DNA of 64,000 bases, taken from positions 71,362,001-71,426,000 of the forward strand of contig OX597831.1 in the NCBI GenBank assembly GCA_951406725.2, in the 5' to 3' direction. This document shows positions 26,384 to 38,159 of this stretch, one piece after another. Position 1 is the stretch's first letter. The number at the start of each line of letters is the position of its first letter. The position numbers were made by a program, and so were the translations under genes. The notes beneath the pieces are model-generated. The model did not search any database and was not told the origin of the DNA. It saw only the letters and a list, made by a program, of their open reading frames with translations. The stretch comes from Octopus vulgaris. Taxonomy: Eukaryota.

Positions 26384-27335
26384 TCATAATATGCCATGAA
26401 TTTGTGTATCCCTGGCAAGATGGCTGAATGGGTGCTATGCCTTGCTAAAGGGAGGCCCATAACTATACATGGTGTGGTCATCACTCCATGAGGTATTTTC
26501 GAAGTACCAACATACCATAGTATTAGCAAAATTCAGCTCATCACTTGACTAAAGACTGTAACATATTGCTGTAAAAATTCCGCTGTCACTGTGTCTGATT
26601 AGTTCCTAATAAGTATAAATCTACTAACATATTTTACTTTTAGCTATATAGAGTGAAATTATTTCAATTTCAAATCTCTTCCTTCATTATAACTTCCTGT
26701 AGAGAATCTCATGGAATCTTTATATTTGCACACCTGAAAAAGTTGCAATATTCTTGGCAATTCAATGGTAATCAATTGATGAGAAGATAAGCTGACTATT
26801 TGTTCTTCGTTATCACACACAGCAAGTGATAACTGCTGAACATGAAGCAATGATGTGACAAATTTTAAGTGCAGTCCCAATTAGTTTCCAGGTGTTCTAA
26901 TAATCAGAATAAATCTCACATTTAACCTTTACTAATACCCTACACTAATTAAACAACTGCACATTTTATAATTACACATCAGCCTTTAGCTATAGAGGTT
27001 TATTCAATAATTGATAGTTCAATATTTCTAGATAATATGTGTGAATTAGTACAATTCATGCTAATGACATATTCTCTGCAGGAAGCTTTCCTGTTCTATC
27101 AGTTCAGTTATTTGTGAGCTGAACCATGGTGCCTTAAATTTATACATGTATTTTTAAAATACTACATTTAATTATTTGGGAATTCATTTTCCCCAGTGTA
27201 ACCGCTTTCTTTTGTGACATGAACAAATAAGTCCATATTTTATAGAAAATATAGCAGGAAAATAAATAGACATATTTGGATAGCCCATAAATTATCGACA
27301 ATTTTAAGTTGACATGCATTGAAATATAAATAAAT

Positions 27336-27366
27336 GTAGTAGTTGTAGTAGTAGTAGTAGTAGTAA

Positions 27367-27418
<52 letters not shown>

Positions 27419-27447
27419 GGTGGTGGTGGTGGTGGCAGCAGCAGTAG
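27336..27447. repeat. (TAG)n(TGG)n(CAG)n trinucleotide array
   Basis: Direct reading; explains the poly-T/poly-Y/poly-H ORFs. Confidence 0.95.
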
Positions 27448-27625
27448 CAAATTCTTTCATGTTTTGTGTGTTGTGAGCAAAACATAACCAAGTATTCTGA
27501 GAATAGTGCTGCACTTAAGCATGATTAATCAGTGGCTGAAAACACACACATGCATACACACACGCACACACACACATACATACATACATACATACACACA
27601 CACATACATGCACACACACACACAT

Positions 27626-27665
<40 letters not shown>

Positions 27666-27946
27666 CACTTGTGAATATGGCCTTCATAGCTAGTACTCTG
27701 TTTTCACTGATTGTATTAGGTGCCTATGTAGTTTGTGAGCAAATATAGATTCCCTTTCAACCTCAAGTTAGCAAAACCTTGAAGATGCTACTGTAGGAGG
27801 GAAAGAAAGCTTTGCCGGCATTTGACTGGATTCATTTACTGCTGAGCTATGGCAAATGACATGTCTTGCCTTACTCAAGGAAACAACATCAGCATGTGCA
27901 TCCTACTGATGTGATCATCTCTTCCAAAATCAGCAAGAAGGAGAAT

Positions 27947-28165
27947 CTCTCTTTACTCTTTATTCTTTTACTTGTTTCAGTCATTTGACTGCAGCCATGC
28001 TGGAGCACCGCCTTTAGTCGAGCAAATCGACCCCAGGACTTATTCTTTGTAAGCCTAGTACTTATTTCAATCAGTCTCTTTTGCTGAACCGCTAAGTTAC
28101 AGGGACGTAAACACACCAGCATCGGTTATCAAGCGATGTTTGGGGGGACAAACACAGACATGCAA

Positions 28166-28228
<63 letters not shown>

Positions 28229-28393
28229 TACGACGGGCTTCTTTCAGTTTCTGTTTACCAAATTGACACACAAGGCTTTGGTCAACCTGAGTCTATAGTA
28301 GAAGACACCTGCCCAAAGTGCCACACAGTGGGACTGAACCTGGAACCATGTGGTTGGTAAGTAAGCTACTTACCACACAGCCACTCCTGCACC
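27947..28393 (-). mobile_element. SINE family A, 240 bp upstream of exon B
   Basis: Full-length copy. Confidence 0.9.
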
Positions 28394-28632
28394 TCTATGG
28401 AGAACCATTTCAAAACCTGCAACTCCTCTATCCCAATTATGAATTTACATTCATACCAATAATCATTTTATGCAAGCAACTTATAAGTTAGGGATACCCC
28501 ATCACATGGCTCAGATATTATGCAAATAGCAATCGTTTGCCTTTGGTTTTTCATTTACATTTCACACTATATTAATTAACTTAATTATCAACAAAATGCT
28601 ATTGATCAGTTTTTGTTCTTTTCTGATTCTAG

Positions 28633-28758
28633 GGTCCTTTAATCTATGTCAACTATGGCAGAATTGAAGACTTTCAGTACCTCCATAAAAATCATTCCGT
28701 AAACTTCAAAGGCTCAATAGTCATTGCACGCTATGGAAAGATTTTTAGAGGTGATAAG
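28633..28758 (+). CDS. NAALAD2/FOLH1-like: GCPII/NAALADase family gene, internal coding exon B (42 codons, phase 0/0), start of PA domain
   Basis: TTCTAG acceptor, AAG|GTAAGT donor. Translates [42 protein letters not shown], matching [35 protein letters not shown]. Confidence 0.96.
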
Positions 28759-29100
28759 GTAAGTTTCGGATTTATGGAGACAGAACATGTCACCTTTCAT
28801 TATTCATTTCTAATTCAGCACAAACATGTTTGAGGAACACCAATAATTTTTCTTATCTCCTATCTAGAGCTCCACTTTCTCTTTTGGAAGAAATAATATC
28901 TTATGATATATGGATCACATCATAACTATATCTCATTAAATATTAAGAGTTACATTTACGTAGTTGTCATAAAAATATGTAGATTTTTATATTAATGATC
29001 TTTATTTTAATGCAACAACACATTTGTATTAATTTGGGAAGTATTAAGTTTAAAGCTAACTGCAAATATTTAATTGGTTACATCTGTATCATAAGTTTGT

Positions 29101-29487
29101 GGAGGCGCAATGGCCCAGTGGTTAGGGCAGTGGACTCGCGGTCGTAGGATCGCGGTTTCGATTCCCAGACCGGGCGTTGTGAGTGTTTATTGAGCGAAAA
29201 CACCTAAAGCTCCACGAGGTTCCGGCAGGGATGGTGGTGATCCCTGCTGTACTCTTTCACCACAACTTTCTCTCACTCTTACTTCCTGTTTCTGTTGTAC
29301 CTGTATTTCAAAGGGCCGGCCTTGTCACTCTCTGTGTCACGCTGAATATCCCCGAGAACTGCGTTAAGGGTACACGTGTCTGTGGAGTGCTCAGCCACTT
29401 ACACGTTAATTTCACGAGCAGGCTGTTCCGTTGATCGGATCAACCGGAACCCTCGTCGTCGTAACCGACGGAGTGCTTCTAAAAACA
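29101..29487 (+). mobile_element. SINE family C, full-length, with 13-bp TSD
   Basis: tRNA-like head with A box TGGCCCAGTGG and B box GGTTTCGATTCC; TSD ATCATAAGTTTGT at 29088-29100 and 29488-29500. Confidence 0.92.
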
Positions 29488-31920
29488 ATCATAAGTTTGT
29501 TTCTCCCCAACTGCTTAGGAAGGTACCATTTTTTTTTCAACAACTGCAATAAATTTTTGCTTTTGTTTCTATTTAATTTGTTCTCTTGTAGAAAAAGGAG
29601 AAAAACTGTATTCTTTTAAGCTAAATAATATGATAAGCTGCCTATGTATTGTATATTCATATTATAGAATTTCCTCTCTGTGTGGATAGTAGTAAGAGAC
29701 ATGATAAAACATTGATATTGCTCAATGAGACTGATAGATTTGGAAATTTATTAACCCCTAAATAAATTCTTTTCTGTTTTATTTCATACAAGAATGAGTT
29801 CTTCAAGGTTGTAAATATAATGAAAAATAGCTACTATTCCCGTACTTCTTGAAAATTCTTTACCCACCTGTCTGCAAAGAAGATGAATTATATCAAACAA
29901 AAATTTCAACTGAAAGACTGAAGTTTAGGCTAAAAAAATTCTCAACTTTTGGCAATGAAATGTGGACCATGTTGCTATTAGACTCAAAGTATTAATATGA
30001 AAATCAACTTTAGAGCGGCACAGGCGATAGAGCAAGGAATCAAATGCACAGTAGGATTTAGTTATGACACCTTATGTTTTGAGTTCTAATCCCGTTCAGA
30101 TTAACTTTGACTGTTATCCGTCTGAGGCCAATAAACTGATAGCCAGACTAAAATTACAAAGAATTATGGAAAGTAAGTCTTCAGCCATCGGTCAAAAATA
30201 ACTAAATAAAATAACTACAGGTTCAGTGACAACCTGAGCCACTTTCTTTGAATTTCTTTTCTCTTTCGCCATACAAACTGATCCAAACTCACAAAATTTA
30301 TTCAATAATTTTTGTTGAAACAGATCATTATCATTTTCATAGGACTTCATTTTTTTTTTTATCCATTCAATCAAAATGTCGTGTTTTCTCTTTTCTTTTT
30401 TACCGTCTCAAGTGGTCTCTACATGGTTACTCAACTCATATAATTTATTGACCTCATGTCTGCTATTCCTATTGGAAAACATTACTTTCTCTTTTAATAC
30501 CTTGTAGAATAGCAAATGTCACATAATATAAGTATTTCTTAAGCTGTATGGAACTTCTAAGTCTTTGTGCTTACCTCTGCTTTCTGTGATATGAGAGAAA
30601 TTTCTCCAACTCTGGATAGAATGCCAATTTATCTATCACTTCTTCACCTACCATAAATAGATTAAATTTTCTTAATGAGCCTATTTAATACAAAAACCAT
30701 AGTACATATGTCACTGCCTCATAAAATCCTACATAATTACTGCTGCTTTTTAGTTCCAGATTATCCTCTACTGTCAGACATAAGGCATATATATGTAGCT
30801 GGTTACATGACTAGGTGTAATCCATAAACCTAGTATTTCAGGTATCCTATGTCTCCGTCTAGTGGAGAATGATCTGTAGCCCTCAGTGTGACAATTCAGA
30901 TACATAGTCGTATTTATAACAGTTATATACACTATTTATGATAATTATATAAATCAAAATAGGAAACTCAGACTTTTGGTTGTTTCTTATAACAGTGTAT
31001 CATTATTCACTAATGTTATCCAAGCAGGATGCAATAAAATTTGTCCTGTACATCAACTGGTGGTCACCTTAAGTTATCTTGACCACAACCAAGCGAAACT
31101 ATGATAGTAGCATAACAAGAGTACTATGGACTCGGTGGGTAGTGAGCAGGGTGTTATATTTATTAGAAATAGCTTTCAAGAATTTCATTAAAAACAGAGT
31201 AATTAGATAATCCATAAAATTTAAGGAGATATTCAAAGTATACTAGAAATATATAGAAATATAAGATACAAATGCACATAATTTTGAAAATCAATACCAG
31301 AAGCCTAGAGTAATAAATGTTAGTATAACATATTGCTTTTTCTTTTCTACTGTCCTGTTTATTTTTGTATGCTAGTAAGTTTTTGTGGTGGCCACATTGG
31401 CAGTGGACTTGGTCAGAGCATTACACTTGTTATTTGGTGGCTGTGTATAGTTATACAAGTAATTTAGTACAGAGAAACAAATAAGCTATACAGACATTCA
31501 TTGGCGAAAATCAAAGTTCAAGTAATTTCTATATTTCTATGTTTATGTGGCTGTTGAACATTTTTTTTTCCTTTTGTCTGTGACAAAGCTTTTCAGCCCT
31601 TGCAGTGATTTAAACCCCTTTTTTGTCAGTCTTTATCTTTTTCTTTCACTTGTTTCAGTCATGCTTGGTTACTGCTTTGAAGGGTTTTTTAGTTGAACAA
31701 ATTGACCTCAAGACTTTTTTTCTTAAAGCCTTCTACTTAATCTATTGGCCTCTTTGGCTAAACTGCTAAGTTACAAAGACGTAAGCACACCAATACCAGT
31801 TGTCAAGCAGTGGTGGGAGACACAAACACATACACACATGTATGAGTGAGTGGACAAATGAAAGAAAAGGGCACCAACACATTTAGGAGTTACATGTATT
31901 ATTCAAAACAGTTTGATTCA

Positions 31921-31973
31921 ATTCCTGAAGGAGTTGGGCTCTCATTAGGGGCCTGCGAAACTTGAGGTAGCAT
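31921..31973 (+). ncRNA. Degenerate type I hammerhead-like motif
   Basis: AUUC-CUGAAGGA-..GGGCUCU..GGGGCCU..-GAAAC-UUGAG-GUA/GCAU; core has an extra G and stem I has one mismatch. Confidence 0.4.
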
Positions 31974-31998
31974 GGAGCCAAATCAAAATGACATACAT

Positions 31999-32029
<31 letters not shown>

Positions 32030-32033
<4 letters not shown>

Positions 32034-32528
32034 CATCAGCATCATTTTACATCTGTTGTCCATGCTGACATGCGTTGGACGGTTTGACCAGGACTGGAAA
32101 GCTGCACAAGACTCCAGTCTGATTTGGTATGGCTTCTATAACTGGATGCCCTTCCTAATGCCAACCACTCTGAGAGTGCAATGGGTGCCTTTACATGCCA
32201 TTGGCATGAGTACCATTTGTGTGACCCCAGTATCTACCACAACTACAGTTTTACTTGGCTTGATGGGTCTTCTTCTCAAGCATGGCATAATGTGAAACAT
32301 CTTGGTCATCCGTCATTGCCTCCATGAGGCCCAACACTCAAAGGGTGCTTTTCATGTGCCACCAACTTTGACCACCTTGGCTCTATGAGGCTCAACACTC
32401 AAAAGATGCTTTTCACCTGCCACTGGCACAGGTGCCAGTTACGTGACACCAGCATCAGCCACAACTATGATTTCACTTGGCTTGACAGGTCTTCTCAAGC
32501 ACAGCATACTGCCAAGGTCTCAGTCATT

Positions 32529-32530
<2 letters not shown>
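32030..32530 (-). mobile_element. RTE-LINE 3' UTR remnant
   Basis: Reverse complement of the tail units at 39020-39577. Confidence 0.75.
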
Positions 32531-32556
<26 letters not shown>

Positions 32557-32562
<6 letters not shown>

Positions 32563-32889
32563 CAAAATAAGCAACAAGGATATCCAGAGGTAATGCAGTA
32601 CGATCGTTTCATGCAACTCTATTTAATTGAACAATGCAATCATTACATCAATTTAAAATGTGGAGCAATCTTCAGCTAAAGATTGCTCTACATTTTAAAT
32701 TGATGTAATGATTGCATTGTTCAATTAAATGGAGTTGCATGAAACAATCGTACTGCATTACCTCTGGATATCCTTGTTGCTTATTTTGATTATAATCACC
32801 CCATTTTGAATTATATGGATAATACCTTACTAAATTCTGGTGCCTTTAACTTAAGTACCATATTCATCTGAATCTAAATTTTACTGAAC

Positions 32890-32892
<3 letters not shown>
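32557..32892. mobile_element. Foldback PLE-type terminal fragment: 2 x 119-bp spacerless palindrome containing hammerhead motifs
   Basis: Arms 32557-32675 and 32676-32794 (4 mismatches seen), ~100 bp unpaired extension, TA runs on both sides. Confidence 0.8.
32595..32677 (-). ncRNA. Type I hammerhead ribozyme motif (mirror copy on + at 32673-32756 has a G5A change)
   Basis: Minus strand: AG-CUGAAGA-long stem II-GAAAC-GAUC-GUA/CUGC, with a palindromic stem III loop as in dimer-acting PLE hammerheads. Confidence 0.65.
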
Positions 32893-32936
<44 letters not shown>

Positions 32937-34304
32937 GAGGAGGGGAGCTTCTTTCAGTTTCTGTCTACCAGATCCACTCACAAGGCTTTGGTCGACCCAA
33001 CCCTATAACAAAAGACACTTGCCTGAGGTGCCATGCAGTGAGGCTAAACCTGGAACTATGTGACTGCGAAGCAAGCTTCTTACCACGCAGCCACACCTAT
33101 GCATTAGGAAGGAATCATAACTGCATGTGTTTACCTTTTTCACGTATCTTTTGGTGATCTGAGCCAATTAAAAGCCTCCAAGATGTGTCTCCTGTATGGA
33201 AGAGAAGAAAGGGAGGTGGATCTTTATACGAGATAATCCAAATATTGCTTTAAAAGATCAGAACTATGTTTAACACAATGAATTTCTCTTTACTTTTTGA
33301 CCAACAGTTGTTAGTGTTGGCAGCTAACTTGGTTGAAAGATGGACTGCAAATGTCAAGATTATATTGCTACTGTAAACCATCTCAGTCATTCTACTGTAG
33401 CTTTTGGTTTAAACTTGCCATAAATCATACTTATCAAGGAATTGATATGCATTTGTGCATCTGAAATCTGTGTATACATGCATGTGTACATGTATGGATG
33501 TGTAATCTGTACGGATTCGGCTACTCGTATTAAGTGAAACTTATTCATTGTACTCTGACAAGCTATATGAGAAAGTAATGTGAAATATAAAGGCTATCAA
33601 TAAAACAGGAGGGTGTGTAGAGTAGGATAAAATGTTAGTATACATTCAGCTTGGTTAATGATTTATTGGTTATTGAGAGAGAGAGAGAGAGAGTTAAGTG
33701 GATTGAAGGAATATGAGGAAGCCAGTGATAGGGGCAGGAGAAGTTACACTGAACTGACTTAGAACCAAGCTATCTCTGTCGGTTGAGTATTCGTTCGAAC
33801 ACAGTTGGATTTGATTGGTCTTGGCTGCTTCTGTGTGTCCTATGTCTAATGTCTCAGAATGTGGAATCTCAGCAGATATGTTCCATTTGATTAGGCATTT
33901 GATAATCTCTGTTCCGGAGAGTCGTTATCAATCTGAATGACCCTTGTATGTATATAGTATATTGTAACACACTGTGTAGCGCACAGAGGTGCCTTACTCT
34001 TCTTGTGGTGTGTTTAAGGCAAATGACTATAAAGAAAACATATTTGTTAATAATACGCTGTCCTAAGGGCAGCAAACTGGTAGGACCCTTACTGTGCCAG
34101 GCAAAATGCTTGGCAGCATTTCATCCATCTTTGTATTTTGAGTTCAAATTCTGCTGGGGTTGACTGTGCCTTTCAGCCTTTCGAGTTCAATGAAATAAGT
34201 ACCAGTTGAGTACTGGGGTTAATGTAATCAACTTACCCCTTCTCCCGAACTTCTGCCAAAATTTGAAACCAGCAATACACTGTCCTGCTGTATACAGTGG
34301 TGAA

Positions 34305-34631
34305 TGTGAGGGCGCGTGGCTTAGTGGTTAGGGCATTCGGCTCATGATCGTAAGGTTGTGAGTTCGATTCCCGGCGACGCATTGTGTCCTTGAGCAAGGC
34401 ACTTTATTTCACATTGCTCCAGTCCACTCAGTTGGCAAAAATGAGTTGTACCTGTATTTCAAAGGGCCAGCCTTGTCATACTCTGTATCACGCTGAATCT
34501 CCTTGCGAACTACGTTAAGGGTACACATGTCTGTGGAATGCTCAGCCATTTGCACGTTAATTTCACGAGCAAGCTGTTCCGTTGATCGTATCAGCCGGGA
34601 CTCTCGTCGTCGTAACCGACGGAGTGCTCCC
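34305..34631 (+). mobile_element. SINE family D (own tRNA-like head and core, 3' tail shared with family C), 12-bp TSD
   Basis: A box TGGCTTAGTGG, B box GAGTTCGATTCC, core GTGTCCTTGAGCAAGGCACT; TSD TACAGTGGTGAA at 34293-34304 and 34632-34643. Confidence 0.9.
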
Positions 34632-35420
34632 TACAGTGGTGAACAACACCTACTACTTGTATTATGTATACAGAATGAAAGGTGGCGAGCTGGCAGAATC
34701 ATTAGCATGTCAGGCAAAATGTTTAGTGGCATTGCATCCGTCGTTACGATGTTACCAAAGTGGACTTTGCCTTTCAACCTTTGAGCGCCAGTAAAATAAG
34801 TACCAGTTGAGCACTGGGGTTGATGCAACCAACTATCCCCTCCTCCAAATTTCAGACTTTGTGCTTATTGTAGAAAGGATTATCTATATAGAGTCACAGT
34901 CCCTTCGGTGGTTCACTAGTGGACTCATCCAGTACTATTTATGAATACTGGAATGTTACTATGTTGTTGCTCTCCTATAAGAAATAGCTAGGTTTCCCTC
35001 AAGTCACCTGTTATCATCTTAAAAGAGGAAAGTGACATTAGATAATTCAATCCCTAGATAAAATACGTGTTTTTAATAAGTTGGGTTAGGCATGGCCGGA
35101 ATGTCTATGACAATAGATCTGACCAATAAGAGTTAACCTAGAGCTAGGCAGTAACCTCTGTAGAGTTATACTGACTGAGCCAGTGAGAGCTAAGTAACTT
35201 GTCCAAGGACACAATGGCAAAACAGCAAACCCTTGAAATGGAAGGCCATAATTGACACCTGCTGCTGCTGCTGCTGCTGGTAGATTCGGTGGTAGCAGTG
35301 GTGGCGGTAGTAGTAGTAGTAGTAGTAGGAAGAGAAAAACCCATTTTAATCCTCCATATTGCATGCAGCAGACAATAATACCAAGAGAAGGAAGAACTGG
35401 CACAATAGTTGCAAATATAT

Positions 35421-35845
35421 ACTCTTTTACTCTTTTACTCTTTTACTTGTTTCAGTCATTTGACTGCGGCCATGCTGGAGCACCGCCTTTAGTCGAGCAA
35501 ATTGACCCCAGGACTTATTCTTTGTAAGCCCAGTACTTATTCTATCGGTCTCTTTTGCTGAACTGCTAAGTGACGGGGACGTAAACACACCAGCATCGGT
35601 TGTCAAGCAATGCTAGGGGGTACAAACACAGCCACACAAACACACACACACATACATACATATATATATAAATACATATATACGACGGGCTTCTCTCAGT
35701 TTCCGTCTACCAAATCCACTCACAAGGCATTGGTCAGCCCGGGGCTATAGCAGAAGACACTTGCCCAAGATGCCACGCAGTGGGACTGAACCCAGAACCA
35801 TGTGGCTGGTAAGAAAGCTACTTACCACACAGCCACTCCTGCACC
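35421..35845 (-). mobile_element. SINE family A
   Basis: Full-length copy. Confidence 0.9.
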
Positions 35846-36433
35846 TATATATATTTTTTTTTCTTGCATCAAAGTTCAGAGCAGAAAATAGGGAGGTTGT
35901 GGGTGGAATGTAGGAGACGAAACAACATGCTACACTTGATGGACTTTATTAATAGCTTTCTGAAAAACATGAAACCTCTAACACACAAAACCTTTTTACT
36001 TAACATTCAACCCCCACACTACCCCCACCCTTCTATTTCCTCTTGATATATTCAATGTACAATGCTGCTCTTTTATGAAGTGACTTACTATGTGATTTTA
36101 GATTTTATCTGGGAAAAAAAAACAGAATAAAAAAGCATGTAATGACCATCTGGCCATTATTTCATTGTCAGGTATCTACAGTTATCTTACAATCATCAGT
36201 GAAATGAAGCATTATTGAATTTTTTTTCTTTATTTTAGATGGGTGTGTTAGGGTTGTATAAATTTAGATATATTGATTTCTAACTGGAAGGTACAATCAA
36301 TAAACTTGTGTTGTTGTTGTTTAATCCCAGATTAACTCTGATCGTTCAGACATTTGATTGCGCTTGAGCATAAGCATGTTGTTGAAAGGCTCACATCCCT
36401 GACCGAGCAGTTTCAAGTTTTATTCTACAGTGT

Positions 36434-36544
36434 GGGACCATATGTATGTGTCATATACATACATATGGTTAACCTGTATGGTACCATGTGTATGTGTCAT
36501 ATACATACATATGGTTAACCTGTATGGGACCATATGTATGTGTC
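36434..36544. repeat. 46-bp tandem repeat (x2.4), each unit holding a 13-bp-arm hairpin
   Basis: Unit GGGACCATATGTATGTGTCATATACATACATATGGTTAACCTGTAT at 36434, 36480 and 36526 (partial). Confidence 0.9.
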
Positions 36545-36954
36545 CCAGGTTAACCTAGGGCTTGTGAATGGAAAATTTGGTAGAGAGAAACTGTGAAGGA
36601 GCACTTGCCATAAAATACATACATACATACATACACACACACACACTCACACACACACATGTAAGCAAACATAAATTTGTTTTTGAAGTGCTGAAATGTA
36701 TTGTAGTACAAGTAGAAAGATATATTTTTTCAACACATAAGTACTGATAGAACAGTATATATAGGATAAAATCCTAACAGAGGATCCTTATCATATATAT
36801 GCTAGGAAAGCATCCAGTAGAGATATGTTTGTTCAGTACAATTCAGCCCTTCCACTCGGTGCCAAAATAGGATACACACATTTGTGTTTGTGTATATATA
36901 TATGTAGATAGGTAAATGTGTATGTGTGCATGTATTCATACACACACATATATA

Positions 36955-37350
36955 TTTATATATAAACGAGAAGTTGTGTGTCTGTCTCCTATGATTTAGA
37001 TTCCTAACTACTCCCACATTTTGCGGTGCAGTTTAACCAAAACCAGGTATCTTATAGTTGTGATTCATATCGAACCCTTCTGGGTATTAGCGCACGTCTA
37101 CAATGAGTCTATGATTTAAAAAATAATTTACCATCATTTTTTTCCATTTTAATGCATTTTTTCGCTATTATATAAGGGAAGTAACTCTCTAAAAATGTCT
37201 ACGATGAGTCAACGATTTAAAAAAAAATTTACCATCATTTTCTTTCCATTTTTAATACATTTTTTTGCTATTTTTTGGCTATAACTCTCTAAAAATGCTT
37301 ATATAGTTATTTCCCTTACAAACCCGAGCAACGCCGGGCGATACTGCTAG
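36955..37350 (+). mobile_element. Non-autonomous Helitron (~400 bp)
   Basis: 3' hairpin CCCGAGCAACGCCGGG, then CTAG terminus followed by T; 5' end resembles TCTATATATAAA after an A; internal ~100-bp duplication; no TSD. Confidence 0.8.
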
Positions 37351-37998
37351 TACATATATAAGAGACTCTGTTCAAGCTTTTCTTATATTCCATAGTATTT
37401 ACCCTTAATAATGAATTGACAATTCAAAATAAAAGCAGAAAGAAGAAAGCCAAACTGTTACTGACATTAGATATTTATATAAGCACCAAATTGAGATAAG
37501 CTCATTAACAGGATTTGAACCGTATACCTATTGCTTGCCTTGAAACCATGTCACCAATGAAGTTACAGACCTCCTACCAGTCTATTTTCTCAAATTAGAT
37601 ACATTTTTTTCTTCTGCTGTTTCCACTAAACATTTTTGCTTTCAGCAGGTTCATTCATCAATCTCTAAGTGTTAACAGGGATAGCTTACACTGATAATAG
37701 GGAAAAAAAAATCACTGTTTATGTATATTATATTAAGACTGAATGCTTGTAATGAGAAATAAAACCTGGAATTAAATTTTAAATTTAATTAATACTGGCA
37801 TGGCTGCATGGTAAGAACTTTGCTTCCCAACCACATGGTCTTGGGTTCAATGCCACTGCATGGCACTTTGGGCCAATGTCTCCTCATAAAGCTCTTGGTT
37901 GATTAAAATCGTGTGAGTGAATTTGAGAAATGGAAACTGAAAGAAGTGTGTTGTGTATTTCCTCTGTCTTCCCTTCTTGGGATCTTTCCTTCTCCTAT

Positions 37999-38033
37999 GT
38001 TTCTGACGAAGAGCTTCGCTCGAAACGTTAAAC
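37999..38033 (+). ncRNA. Minimal type I hammerhead motif within a PLE-type terminal fragment (~37955-38135)
   Basis: GUUU-CUGACGA-a-GAGC-UUC-GCUC-GAAAC-GUU/AAAC; stem III reduced to palindromic ACGU; fragment ends in (TA)n. Confidence 0.7.
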
Positions 38034-38159
38034 CCTCCTTCTTTCCTGAGCGTCCAATAATACTATATTTGTTCCACGTCCTCGCGTTGTTGTGTTCTTT
38101 TGTTTTTTTGTATTTTCTTGTTTGGATTAACTTTATATATATATATATTGTTATAAACC

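Noticed and set aside
26659-26880. 73-aa minus-strand ORF in non-repetitive sequence
   Set aside because: No recognisable motif, non-ATG start, and a length expected by chance.
29101-29175. Possible tRNA genes here and at 34305 and 42088
   Set aside because: A and B boxes are present but the cloverleaf is incomplete, and each continues into a SINE body with a TSD.
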